Positions 17,969 to 27,788 of a stretch of DNA of 64,000 nucleotides are shown piece after piece; the first letter of the stretch is position 1, and every line of letters starts with the position of its first letter. The position numbers were made by a program, and so were the translations under genes. Where the stretch lies: assembly GCA_016186915.1 (NCBI GenBank), contig JACPKU010000004.1, positions 3,168 to 67,167 of the forward strand, given 5' to 3'. This stretch comes from Candidatus Doudnabacteria bacterium. Its GTDB lineage: Bacteria; Patescibacteriota; Doudnabacteria; UBA920; O2-02-FULL-48-8. Under the pieces are notes generated by a model. The model was not told the DNA's origin. It made no database searches and worked only from the letters and a program-made list of their open reading frames with translations.

Positions 17969-19165
17969 TTATTTTCTAAGCCTGACAAATTTGCGTTTGC
18001 CCACTTGGAGTATCGCGCCGGACTGGATATCAATCATCGTGTCCCACTCATCAATTACTTCATCGTTGTATTTCACAGCTTTTTGTTGAACCAGCCTTCT
18101 GGCTTCAGTTTTGCTTGGAGCCAACTTGGTTTCTACTAAAAGATCAATGACGTTCTGTGTGCTCACTTTCATCTCCGGCATTGAGGTCGGTTTTTCTTTG
18201 TTGCTAAAAACTTTCTCCCATTCTTTTTGGGCTTTCACAGCCGCTTGCTTGCCGTGATACATCCCCACAATCTCTTTCGCTAGTTCAATTTTTACATCTC
18301 TTGGACTAATTCCTTTTTTTAGCTTTTGCTCCGCCTTGGCAACTTCCGACAATGGCAGGTTCGTTAGCAACACAAAATAGTCAACAATCAATTCATCGCG
18401 CAAGCTCATCACCTTGCCGAACATATCATTCGGCACATCCAAAATGTTGATCACGTTGCCCCGGCTTTTTGACATCATCTGCCCATCCAACCCAGCAATC
18501 AACGGCAAGATCAAAAGGTCCTGTTGCTCTTGTTTGTAAAACTTCTGCAGCACTCTCCCGGCCAACAAATTAAATCGCTGGTCCGTTCCACCTAGCTCCA
18601 CGTCCGCTCTTACCGCCACTGAATCATAGCCCTGCATTATGGGATAATAAGCCTCTCTAAAGCTCACTCGCTTGCCCGCTTTCAAACGCTTGGCTATCAA
18701 TTCGCGGCTAATAAAATCATGCAAACTAAACTGATCAGCCAGGGTGGCAACCTCAAGCAGTGATAATTTCTTCAACCACTTTGAATTATAGTGAACTTCA
18801 GCTTTTTTTAGGACTAAAATTTTCCCAACTTGTTTAAGATAGGTTTGCATATTGGCTTTTACTTCTTTCTCAGACAACATTGGACGTCCGCTTTCTTTAT
18901 CCGAGGTATCACCTACCAGTCCAGTAAAATCGCCGATAATAAAAATGATCTTGTGACCAAGGTCCTGCAGATTGCGCAACTTCCAAAGTGCTCGGGCATG
19001 CCCCAAATGTAGATTTTTGGCAGTGGGATCAATGCCTAACTTTACCCGTAGTTTCTTGCCACTTCGAAGCTGCGATTCTAAGTGCTTGTGATCAATCACT
19101 TCAGCCACTCCCCGGGTAAGCAATTCTGAGATTTTTTGATTGTCTGTCATAGTCATCGTCATCAT
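17969..19165 (-). CDS. tyrS: Tyrosine--tRNA ligase
   Basis: HIGH-type motif HLGH, KMSKS, and a C-terminal S4 domain. The true start is probably internal to the MMTMTMT run. Confidence 0.85.
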   Translation of the reverse strand: MMTMTMTDNQKISELLTRGVAEVIDHKHLESQLRSGKKLRVKLGIDPTAKNLHLGHARALWKLRNLQDLGHKIIFIIGDFTGLVGDTSDKESGRPMLSEKEVKANMQTYLKQVGKILVLKKAEVHYNSKWLKKLSLLEVATLADQFSLHDFISRELIAKRLKAGKRVSFREAYYPIMQGYDSVAVRADVELGGTDQRFNLLAGRVLQKFYKQEQQDLLILPLIAGLDGQMMSKSRGNVINILDVPNDMFGKVMSLRDELIVDYFVLLTNLPLSEVAKAEQKLKKGISPRDVKIELAKEIVGMYHGKQAAVKAQKEWEKVFSNKEKPTSMPEMKVSTQNVIDLLVETKLAPSKTEARRLVQQKAVKYNDEVIDEWDTMIDIQSGAILQVGKRKFVRLRK

Positions 19166-19214
19166 TAGTACCTTTCCTCATTATACCATTTTTTGCTATA
19201 ATTAACAGACCAAG

Positions 19215-21791
19215 ATGACTAATTTCTATTATTACTCCAGCTGGAACAAGCACAATCGCAAGGGTCCGGTTAAAAAATTCTTCTCGCTTGTCTTAAGCTT
19301 GCCCAAATGGATAATCAACAAGCTTGGATCAGACAGGAAACTTCGACGAAAGGTATTCAAGTTTTCTTTTTATGCGGCTTTCGCATTTTTCATTTTTTTA
19401 GGCATTACTTTTATCGTGGTTTCACTAAGCCTGCCTGACCCAAACAAGCTCAACGCCCGAATCATTCCGCAGTCCACCAAAATCTATGCCCGAGACGGCG
19501 AGACCCTGCTGTATGAAGTGCATGGCGAAGCCAGACGAACCTTGGTTGAGCTGGAGGCAATTCCAGACTACGTAAAAGAGGCAACGATTGCCATTGAAGA
19601 AAAAAACTTTTACCAAAACAGGGGGATAGACTTCCGGGGCATTCTGCGAGCCATATTTAAAAATATCACCTCCGGCGACTTAACTGGAGAAGGTGGCTCA
19701 ACTATTACCCAACAATTCGTCCGCAACGCTATTTTGACTCGGGAAAAAACCTTTACCAGAAAAATCAAAGAGGCGATTTTGGCAATCCAGATTGAACAAA
19801 GATTCACGAAAGACGAAATCCTCAAGCTTTACCTAAATGAAATCCCTTACGGCCAAAACGCTTATGGAATTGAAGCAGCCGCGCAAACCTACTTTAGCAA
19901 AAGAGCCCAGGACCTATCTTTGGCCGAAGCGGCTTATCTGGCGGCTCTGCCGCAAGCACCAACCTTCTACTCGCCCAACGGTCCCAACCGGGATCGGCTG
20001 GATGCCAGACAAAAATTTGTGCTCAGCCAGATGCAAGAACAAGGATATATTACTTCCACTCAGATGGAACAGGCGCTTTCGGATAAAGTCGAATTTAACA
20101 AGATAAAAAATATCATCCTCGCCCCTCACTTCGTGCTTTATGTCCAAGGACTGCTGGCGGAAAAATACGGAGAGAAAACTCTGGAAGAAGGCGGACTAGA
20201 AGTCGTCACCACGCTTGATTACAATCTGCAACAGCTCGCGGAAAAAGCCGTGGAAGCAGGCGTGGCGCGCAATCGGGCAAACAACAGAGCGGAAAACGCG
20301 GCGCTCACGGCCATTGATCCGAAAACCGGACAAATCCTGGCCATGGTGGGATCAAGAGATTTCTTTGATGAAGAATATGACGGGCAAGTCAACATCGCGC
20401 TGAGGGAACGCCAGCCTGGATCTTCCATCAAACCATATGTCTACGCCGCGGGGTTTAAGCAAGGGATGAATCCGGCCACGATGCTGATTGATGTCCAAAC
20501 GGTTTTTGGCACAGTCAACGGAGAGAACTATGCTCCACTAAACTACGATGGAAAAGACCATGGCATTCTTTCCGCGCGCACGGCTTTGGCTGGTTCGCTT
20601 AATGTGCCCGCAGTAAAAATGCTTGCTCTGACCGGAGTTCAAAACGCGATTAATACTATGAAGGACCTGGGGATCACCGCAGACTTAAACACTGACCGCT
20701 GCGGCCTGTCTTTGGTTTTGGGCGGGTGTGAAATCTCGCTGCTTGACCACACTTCTGCGATGGGGGTGCTTGCTTCTGGCGGAATCAGGCACGAGGACAC
20801 CCCAATTTTAAAAGTCACTGATGCCGACGGCAAAATTCTGGAGGAGTTCGACGAGCAAGACCGAGGCCGGGAAGTGATCGACCCACAGGTGGCTTATGAA
20901 ATCGTAAGTATTATGACGGACAACGAGGCGCGGGCATTTACTTTTGGCAGCAACTCGCCGCTGATCCTGCCCGGGCGCACTGTGGCTGCCAAAACCGGCA
21001 CCACCCAAGCCTGGCGAGAAGGATGGACCGTGGGCTTTACGCCTTCCTTGGTCGCTGGTGTGTGGGTCGGGAACAATGATTTTTCTTCCATGCGGCCGGG
21101 CGCTGACGGAGTGATAGTTGCGGCTCCGATTTGGAACCAATTCATGCGTGAGGCTCTGGCCAACACGCCTGCGGAAATATTCCCTGAACCCGCGGGCATT
21201 CAGCACGTTTTGGTAGACGCTGTCTCCGGCAAGCTCCCCACAGAATACACCCCCCAAACTAAAACCGAGGTGTTTGCCGACTTTGCCGTGCCCGATGAAT
21301 TTGATGACGTGCATGTGCCAATCAAAGTTAATACACTCAATGGGAAAAAGGCGAGTGATCTTACGCCTCCCCAACTTGTAGAAACACGGGTCTATATGGT
21401 AATTCATTCTGAAATGCCAGCAAACCCAAACTGGGAAAACCCAGTAAGGGTCTGGGCCGCAAACTCCGGCTACAACCTCCCTCCCACGGAAGAGGACGAC
21501 GGTTCCGGGAGTGGCATAAACAACCCCAAAATCTCATTCCTCACCCCGGCGTTTAATCAAGAAATTAATAGTTTGCCGCTCGAGATACAGGTCGCTGTTA
21601 CAGGAAGCGGCGTCAACAGCGTGGAACTAATCTTGGAAGGAAAGTCTAAAGGAACCAAAACTGCGGCTCCTTATAACTTCAGTATCGGATCAGCAGACAA
21701 CGGCTGGCAGACTCTGACCGCGGTGGCCAGACTCAGCAACGGTGAATCAATCGAAACCAACACCAGAATATACATCAACATCAATCCATGA
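19215..21791 (+). CDS. Class A penicillin-binding protein (GT51 transglycosylase + transpeptidase)
   Basis: GT51 motifs (EDxxFYxHxGID, GGSTITQQ), and the transpeptidase SxxK context (QPGSSIKP), KTGT. Confidence 0.85.
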   Translation: MTNFYYYSSWNKHNRKGPVKKFFSLVLSLPKWIINKLGSDRKLRRKVFKFSFYAAFAFFIFLGITFIVVSLSLPDPNKLNARIIPQSTKIYARDGETLLYEVHGEARRTLVELEAIPDYVKEATIAIEEKNFYQNRGIDFRGILRAIFKNITSGDLTGEGGSTITQQFVRNAILTREKTFTRKIKEAILAIQIEQRFTKDEILKLYLNEIPYGQNAYGIEAAAQTYFSKRAQDLSLAEAAYLAALPQAPTFYSPNGPNRDRLDARQKFVLSQMQEQGYITSTQMEQALSDKVEFNKIKNIILAPHFVLYVQGLLAEKYGEKTLEEGGLEVVTTLDYNLQQLAEKAVEAGVARNRANNRAENAALTAIDPKTGQILAMVGSRDFFDEEYDGQVNIALRERQPGSSIKPYVYAAGFKQGMNPATMLIDVQTVFGTVNGENYAPLNYDGKDHGILSARTALAGSLNVPAVKMLALTGVQNAINTMKDLGITADLNTDRCGLSLVLGGCEISLLDHTSAMGVLASGGIRHEDTPILKVTDADGKILEEFDEQDRGREVIDPQVAYEIVSIMTDNEARAFTFGSNSPLILPGRTVAAKTGTTQAWREGWTVGFTPSLVAGVWVGNNDFSSMRPGADGVIVAAPIWNQFMREALANTPAEIFPEPAGIQHVLVDAVSGKLPTEYTPQTKTEVFADFAVPDEFDDVHVPIKVNTLNGKKASDLTPPQLVETRVYMVIHSEMPANPNWENPVRVWAANSGYNLPPTEEDDGSGSGINNPKISFLTPAFNQEINSLPLEIQVAVTGSGVNSVELILEGKSKGTKTAAPYNFSIGSADNGWQTLTAVARLSNGESIETNTRIYININP

Positions 21792-22933
21792 TCTATTTTT
21801 TAGGAAGCATATTAGCGCTTTTGCCAATCTACCGCTGGCGGTTTGAGATTTTGGGATTGCCCACCACGTTTTTAGAATTGTTAATTGTGGTTTTTTTGGC
21901 CATGGTTTTCATCAGTAAATACCACGAGCTTGGATCGCTAAAAAAACATCAGCGGCTCAATTGGTTTGTTCTGGCCTTCGTTCTCGCAGGAATCATTTCT
22001 ACCCTCGTCTCACCCGAACCCGTAAAAGCATTGGGGCTGTTAAAAGCATTTATCATAGAACCGGTGCTTTTATTTTACGCCGCCGTACTGGTAATCAAGA
22101 ACACAAAAAATTTGCGCCTGCCTTTGTTGTGCCTGTTTTGGTCAGCAGTGGCTGTCTCCGTCTTCGGTCTGATCCAATCCGTTACTTTAATCGGCCTCCC
22201 TTTGAGATTTTGGGGCACGGGAGCAGAACCATTGCGAATCGTGTCGGTGTTCGAATACCCGAACGCGCTGGCGCTGTACTTAGGCCCGTTGTTTATTTTC
22301 TTTTTCGCCTTAGCGCTTAAAAAAAATCTCTTATCAACCTATCCGCATTTTGCAGGCTTGGCTGTTATGGGCCTGGCCCTGCTTTTAACCCAGTCCCGCG
22401 GCGCTTGGCTGGCCGTGTTCGCGGGCCTAATATTTTTGGCTTTCAAAAACTTCCATTGGAAAAAAGCCTTGTCAGGAACACTCTTGGTTCTGTTTGTTTT
22501 GTTGCTGCTCGCTCCGGTTCGAAACCGCATAGGCTTGGTGGCCCAAGACCCATCAAGCACGGCGCATTTGGACTTAATGCAAATCGGGATTCATAAAATT
22601 ATCAGCAACCCCATCTTTGGCAACGGGCTGTTCGGGTTTCGAAATACTTTAGAGCAAGCAGGGTACCGAGGAGAGCTCCTGAACTATCCGCACAACATTT
22701 TCCTAAATCTCTGGCTGGAGCTTGGGCTGCTTGGTTTCATCGCTTTCTTTGCCGTTCTATGGTTTGTATTGGACCGATACAAAAAGCAGCCGGGCGTTTT
22801 CAGCCTGGCTGTTGCCTCATTTATGTTAGTGGTGCTGATCCACGGCCTGGTGGATGCGCCTTACTTCAAAAACGATCTGGCGGTATTGTTTTGGTTTATG
22901 GTTTCTGTTTCGACGCTTAAGAATTCTCAATAA
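21788..22933 (+). CDS. O-antigen ligase / Wzy-like polytopic membrane protein
   Basis: About 10 TM helices and a Wzy_C-like loop. Paralogous to the ORF at 1..935. Confidence 0.5.
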   Translation: MIYFLGSILALLPIYRWRFEILGLPTTFLELLIVVFLAMVFISKYHELGSLKKHQRLNWFVLAFVLAGIISTLVSPEPVKALGLLKAFIIEPVLLFYAAVLVIKNTKNLRLPLLCLFWSAVAVSVFGLIQSVTLIGLPLRFWGTGAEPLRIVSVFEYPNALALYLGPLFIFFFALALKKNLLSTYPHFAGLAVMGLALLLTQSRGAWLAVFAGLIFLAFKNFHWKKALSGTLLVLFVLLLLAPVRNRIGLVAQDPSSTAHLDLMQIGIHKIISNPIFGNGLFGFRNTLEQAGYRGELLNYPHNIFLNLWLELGLLGFIAFFAVLWFVLDRYKKQPGVFSLAVASFMLVVLIHGLVDAPYFKNDLAVLFWFMVSVSTLKNSQ

Positions 22934-23420
22934 AACGAAAGTCGTCTTTGGGACGGTCTTTTTTATTTATAATTTTAATAATCACTCTGCGGTTCGGGTC
23001 CATGCCGGTGCTTTCTGAAGCAATGTCAGAATATAAAGACAAATAGTCGTGGACTGTCCGGCGCTCATATGAAGGCATGGGGGCAAGAATCACGCTTCTT
23101 GAGGTTGCTCGCACTTGGTGGGCGGCCTTACGCGCCAGCTCCTTCAAATAGATCGAGCGCTTATCGCGATAGTCATCTATGTCCAACGCAAAAGGGAAAT
23201 TTTCCTCTGGTAATTCTCTGCGGGCCAAGAGCCTGACAATATGCTGCAGCGCTTCTAAATTTGCCCCCTGCTTGCCGATTAGTAATTGCGCATCAGGGGT
23301 TTTTAAGTTGAGCACCACCCGGTCCTCTTCTTGGCGCTCAAAAACTTCTGCGCTAACGCTCATATGGAAAAGCAGTTCTTGAATTTTATGCTTTAAATTT
23401 TCAAGATTAGGAACTGGCAT
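22917..23420 (-). CDS. RNA-binding protein Jag/KhpB (KH + R3H)
   Basis: C-terminal R3H pattern (YERRTVHDYL), and position immediately downstream of yidC. Confidence 0.65.
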   Translation of the reverse strand: MPVPNLENLKHKIQELLFHMSVSAEVFERQEEDRVVLNLKTPDAQLLIGKQGANLEALQHIVRLLARRELPEENFPFALDIDDYRDKRSIYLKELARKAAHQVRATSRSVILAPMPSYERRTVHDYLSLYSDIASESTGMDPNRRVIIKIINKKDRPKDDFRFIENS

Positions 23421-24120
23421 TTTTTAAGACCTCTTTGGCTTCCCTGTGAATAATAAAATATTGCTGTCCCACCCCAAACAAGGTGGTGACCACCCAATAA
23501 AGAGGCAGGCCGGCGGGAAACTGCAGACCAATAATAAACGTTAAAAACGGAAAAAAGTAAAGCGTCTGGTAACTGAAAATCTTAGACATTTGGTCGCCCC
23601 CTTGATTTCTGGGAGCCATCATCCTGCCCTGCCAATACTGCAATCCGCCGGCCAGCACAGCCAAAATAATATTCCGTTTGCTTAGATCCAAAAATCCGAG
23701 AAACAAAGGGTTAAGACTTTCCGGTGCTTGAATAAAACCATAAATTCCCTGGAGCGTTTCGCCGTTTAAGCTTTGGATAAAAACAAAATAAAGGGCGATC
23801 AGAATCGGAAACTGAATCAACATTGGCAAGCAAGAACTTAGTGGATTAACCTTGTGAACCTTATAAAGCTCCATCAGCGCCTTTGCTTGTTGTTCTTTAT
23901 CATCTTTGTATTTTTCTTTGAGCTCGTTCATTTTGGGCTGCAGCTCTTGCATGGCCTTTTGGTGCTTCAAAGATTTATGGAAAGAAGGAAGCAAGGCAAG
24001 CCGCACCAAAACCGTTACCAAAATTATTACCACGCCCAGGTCAGGGATAAAGTTATAAAAAAACACCAGCAGGTTAAGCAGCGGGTAAACTAAAATTGTG
24101 TTGAAGATGTTGCCGATCAT
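23407..24120 (-). CDS. yidC: Membrane protein insertase YidC
   Basis: Five-TM YidC core (short Gram-positive-type YidC), and conserved synteny with yidD and rnpA. Confidence 0.85.
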   Translation of the reverse strand: MIGNIFNTILVYPLLNLLVFFYNFIPDLGVVIILVTVLVRLALLPSFHKSLKHQKAMQELQPKMNELKEKYKDDKEQQAKALMELYKVHKVNPLSSCLPMLIQFPILIALYFVFIQSLNGETLQGIYGFIQAPESLNPLFLGFLDLSKRNIILAVLAGGLQYWQGRMMAPRNQGGDQMSKIFSYQTLYFFPFLTFIIGLQFPAGLPLYWVVTTLFGVGQQYFIIHREAKEVLKNASS

Positions 24121-24428
24121 GAATTGGAATGTGGAATATTGAATCTACCTGCCTGCCGGCGAGGCAGGGAATATGGAGGGTCGATCTTAGGATCAGTCCA
24201 TGGATTGCAGCGAAGCACTCTTAAAACAATTCTCGGAATTCCTACCAGCGCTTGTTTTTCCAAAACCTCCTTGGCATACATTGAGCAGGTGGGATGAAAT
24301 TTGCAGTAACCGTAAGGGTAGCGGCTTTTCAGCGGCCCATGATCAGGGGAAAGGGTTCTTTGGTACAAAAGTATCAACCCGATCAAAGGCCGCGCCAATA
24401 ATTTATTTAGTTGACTGAAGAAGTCCAT
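24117..24428 (-). CDS. yidD: Membrane protein insertion efficiency factor YidD
   Basis: LIGLILLYQRTLSPDHGPLKSRYPYGYCKFHPTCSMYAKEVL is diagnostic. Confidence 0.8.
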   Translation of the reverse strand: MDFFSQLNKLLARPLIGLILLYQRTLSPDHGPLKSRYPYGYCKFHPTCSMYAKEVLEKQALVGIPRIVLRVLRCNPWTDPKIDPPYSLPRRQAGRFNIPHSNS

Positions 24429-24751
24429 ATTCCAGCTTTCTTGAATAGATCGACGGTTTGTTTTTCCAGTTCCCTGAATTTTTTTTTGCCGGCTATGGCG
24501 CCCGGAAACAACAACACATCGACCGGTTTAATAAAATCTAAATTATTAGTAAGAATACTTTTCAGCCGCCGTTTGATTTTGTTGCGCTGGGTTACTTTCG
24601 GAACGGTCTTTTTTGGGATAATAAAACCAAAACGGGGGGTGTTTTGGTTGGCAGATTTAATCCTGATTCTTAAAACCGGGCCCTGGAAGGACTTGCCGGA
24701 TCGAAATTGTCTAAAGTCCTTTTCTTGTTTGATGATCTTGAGTCTGCCCAT
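24407..24751 (-). CDS. rnpA: Ribonuclease P protein component
   Basis: Basic 114-aa protein with an RnpA-like pattern, and position between rpmH and yidD. Confidence 0.8.
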   Translation of the reverse strand: MGRLKIIKQEKDFRQFRSGKSFQGPVLRIRIKSANQNTPRFGFIIPKKTVPKVTQRNKIKRRLKSILTNNLDFIKPVDVLLFPGAIAGKKKFRELEKQTVDLFKKAGIWTSSVN

Positions 24752-24755
24752 TTGG

Positions 24756-24890
24756 CTACACTGTTAATTTTTTTCTGCCCTTGGCTCTTCTGCGTTGCAA
24801 CACGCTTCTGCCGTTGTTGGTTCTCATTCTTTTTCTAAAGCCGTGCACTCTTTTCCTTCGTCTTTTCTTTGGTCGATAGGTTGGTTGCAT
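24756..24890 (-). CDS. rpmH: 50S ribosomal protein L34 (44 aa; absent from the ORF track because it is shorter than 60 aa)
   Basis: Manual translation of the minus strand gives [44 protein letters not shown], the canonical L34 sequence, directly upstream of rnpA. Confidence 0.85.
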   Translation of the reverse strand: MQPTYRPKKRRRKRVHGFRKRMRTNNGRSVLQRRRAKGRKKLTV

Positions 24891-25124
24891 AAATTTTTCT
24901 CACTTAAAGCAGAAAATTAACTCATTTGTTTACTCAGATATTATACTTGAATTGCCTTGATTTGTCACCCCTCAAGTACATTTGTTTAGTTTAGACAACT
25001 AATACACGCTTATTCCACATATTATTAACACCTCCAAATAATTATGGCTTAAATAAGCCATAATTTATTATTTTACATGTTGATAACTTATCTGTTAGAA
25101 TAAACGAAGACTTATTTTACAAAC
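24891..25124. other. Candidate oriC (rpmH-dnaA intergenic region). A second AT-rich candidate with a TTATACACA DnaA box lies at 26469..26688, between dnaA and dnaN.
   Basis: The conserved rpmH | dnaA-dnaN-recF arrangement. TTATACACA at 26638..26646 matches the TTATNCACA DnaA-box consensus, and an AT-rich unwinding-like stretch lies at 26661..26692. DnaA boxes in 24891..25124 are weak. Confidence 0.35.
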
Positions 25125-26468
25125 TTGAAACCCATGACAAACCAACAGCTGTGGCAAGCCATTCTAGGCAACCTCGAATTAACTTTGAGCAAGGCAAACT
25201 TCACCACCTGGTTCAAAAACACCTCTATCATTGAAAAAAACGACCTTGGAATTATGGTCGGCGTGCCCAATGCTTTTACTAAAGAGTGGCTGCAAAACAA
25301 ATATCACCTAGAAATTCTCAAAACTTTAAAAACTATTGCTCCTGAGATAAAAGAAGTAAAATACCAGATCATCAACCCAACCCTTAACCAACCGCCGCCC
25401 GCCAGGAAGGAAACAACAAGAACCCAAACCCAGAAAACGGAAAATCAAAGCATCAACCCCAAATATACTTTTAACACCTTTGTTGTCGGCGCCAACAATC
25501 AGCTGGCCCACGCCGCCGGCATCGCCGTCAGCAAAAAACCCGGACAAGTGTATAATCCCCTGTTTATTTACGGCGGCGTGGGTTTGGGCAAAACCCACCT
25601 CATGCAGGCCGTGGGCAACGAAATCTGCAAAAAAAAGCCGGACGCCAAAATTTTATACGTTACCTCCGAGCGCTTCACGAACGAGTTTGTCTCTTCCTTG
25701 ACGCAAGGCAAGTCCGAAAATTTTAAATCCCGTTATCGCACCGTGGACGTCCTTTTGGTGGATGACATCCAGTTTTTGGCAGGCAAAGAAGGCACCCAAG
25801 AAGAATTTTTCCATACTTTCAACGCCCTCCACCAAAACAACAAGCAGGTGGTCATGACCTCGGACCGCCTGCCAAAAGAAATTCCTGCCATTGAGGAGCG
25901 GCTGGTGTCCAGGTTTGAGTGGGGGATGATTGCCGATATCCAGGCCCCTGACCTAGAAACCCGGTTGGCGATACTTAAAACCAAGGCCCGAGAAAAGAAT
26001 TACGATTTAGAACCGGAGATCTTAAACTTTATTGCCGAGACCATCCAAACCAACATCCGGGAACTGGAAGGAGCGCTAAACCGGTTAATGGTTTACTGCC
26101 AGCTCAACAACACTAGACCAACAATTGAACAAGTAAAAAGTGTGCTGATCAATGTGATTACGCCGCCAAAAAAACGCGGGGTTTCCCCCAAAAAAATTAT
26201 TGAGGTGGTGGCGGATTTTTATAATGTTACCCCGGAAGACCTGCTAAAACAGTCTCGAAAGAAAGAATACGTCAATCCAAGACAGATTGCCATGTATATT
26301 ATTAGAAAAGAGCTGGAAACCTCCCTTCCTTCTATTGGAGAGTTTTTTGGCGGCCGGGACCATACAACCGTGATCCACGCCGTGGACAAAATTGAAAGAG
26401 CAATCAAGGAAAAAAGCGGGTTGAAGCAAGAAATTGATTTGGTAAAAGACAGGATATATATTAATTAA
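25125..26468 (+). CDS. dnaA: Chromosomal replication initiator DnaA
   Basis: Walker A GGVGLGKTHL, the sensor/box VII region, and a C-terminal DNA-binding domain. Confidence 0.95.
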   Translation: MKPMTNQQLWQAILGNLELTLSKANFTTWFKNTSIIEKNDLGIMVGVPNAFTKEWLQNKYHLEILKTLKTIAPEIKEVKYQIINPTLNQPPPARKETTRTQTQKTENQSINPKYTFNTFVVGANNQLAHAAGIAVSKKPGQVYNPLFIYGGVGLGKTHLMQAVGNEICKKKPDAKILYVTSERFTNEFVSSLTQGKSENFKSRYRTVDVLLVDDIQFLAGKEGTQEEFFHTFNALHQNNKQVVMTSDRLPKEIPAIEERLVSRFEWGMIADIQAPDLETRLAILKTKAREKNYDLEPEILNFIAETIQTNIRELEGALNRLMVYCQLNNTRPTIEQVKSVLINVITPPKKRGVSPKKIIEVVADFYNVTPEDLLKQSRKKEYVNPRQIAMYIIRKELETSLPSIGEFFGGRDHTTVIHAVDKIERAIKEKSGLKQEIDLVKDRIYIN

Positions 26469-26688
26469 CTGTTCACAACCTGTTGTTTGACAGGGGGATA
26501 AATTGTAAAGAAAAATCTTAAATATTTTTTTCCCTCTTAATTTCAAAAACTTAACAAACCCTTCCCAACAGCTTACTAACAGCTTAACAAAAAAAATAAT
26601 TATTCCTTAAACCCAAACAAACAACCAAAACAAACCCTTATACACAAACCCACCGGTTCTAATATAATTATTATTTATTTATAAACTT

Positions 26689-27786
26689 ATGAAAGTAGTT
26701 TGTACAAAAGAGAATCTTAAAAAGGGGCTGTATATGGTTGGTCGGGTGGTGGGGGTCGGGAATCCTTTACAGGTTCTAAACAATATTTTAATCAAAACCG
26801 ACTCCGGAAGAGTGAAGCTTTCTTCAACCAACCTAGAAATTGGAGTAAATACTTGGGTGGGAGGAAAAATCAGCGAAGAAGGAGCACTAACAGTGCCAGC
26901 AAGAATCATTAATGAATACATAAATAATCTGCCAACCGAAAAGGTATCCTTGTCCACCAAAGAAACAACTTTAAATCTCGAGTCAGACAATTACCACACC
27001 AACATCAATGGCCTGCCAGCCGACGACTTTCCGCTCATTCCGCAGATTAAAGAGGAAGCTTTTGCCAAGGTTGACGCAGATGAGTTAAGAGACGCCCTTT
27101 CTGAAACAATCTGGGCGGCGGCAACCAACGAGTCCCAACCCGAAATTTCAGGCATCTTTTTCTCCTTTGAAGAAAACAAACTCACCATTGCCAGCACTGA
27201 CCGATACCGGCTGGCAGAGCGCAAATGTCTTTTAAAAACCAGGGTTCGGGAGAAAAAAGAGGTGATCATCCCATCTAGAACAATTAGCGAACTGTACAAA
27301 ATACTGGGCAGCGGCCTTAAGGATGTGGAAATTTATTTTTCCGAAAGCCAGGTGCTGTTTAAGTTTAATGACACAGAACTAATCTCCCGACTAATTGACG
27401 GCCAATATCCGGATTATGCACAGATCGTGCCTAAAGAATTTAAAACCGAAGTGGTGGTTGGGCGTGAAGATTTAATGCACGCTTTAAGGGCCGCTGCTCT
27501 GTTCGCGTCTGAATCAAACAACATCCAACTGGAAGCCGTGGAGAAAAAAGGGCTGGTGATTAAAGCTTCTTCCGCCCAAGCCGGAGAGAACACCACTGAC
27601 ATCCAAGCAGGAGTACAGGGTCTTAACAACTCCGCCGTATTTAACCACCGCTATCTGCTTGATTGTTTGAATGTTCTGCCTGAAGCGAGAGTGGTGTTGA
27701 AACTAATCAATGACAATTCTCCTGCCATGATTGTGCCGGAGGGGCGAGATAACTATCTTTACATAGCCATGCCAACAAAGATATAA
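26689..27786 (+). CDS. dnaN: DNA polymerase III beta sliding clamp
   Basis: Three-domain clamp pattern and position after dnaA. Confidence 0.9.
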   Translation: MKVVCTKENLKKGLYMVGRVVGVGNPLQVLNNILIKTDSGRVKLSSTNLEIGVNTWVGGKISEEGALTVPARIINEYINNLPTEKVSLSTKETTLNLESDNYHTNINGLPADDFPLIPQIKEEAFAKVDADELRDALSETIWAAATNESQPEISGIFFSFEENKLTIASTDRYRLAERKCLLKTRVREKKEVIIPSRTISELYKILGSGLKDVEIYFSESQVLFKFNDTELISRLIDGQYPDYAQIVPKEFKTEVVVGREDLMHALRAAALFASESNNIQLEAVEKKGLVIKASSAQAGENTTDIQAGVQGLNNSAVFNHRYLLDCLNVLPEARVVLKLINDNSPAMIVPEGRDNYLYIAMPTKI

Positions 27787-27788
27787 GC

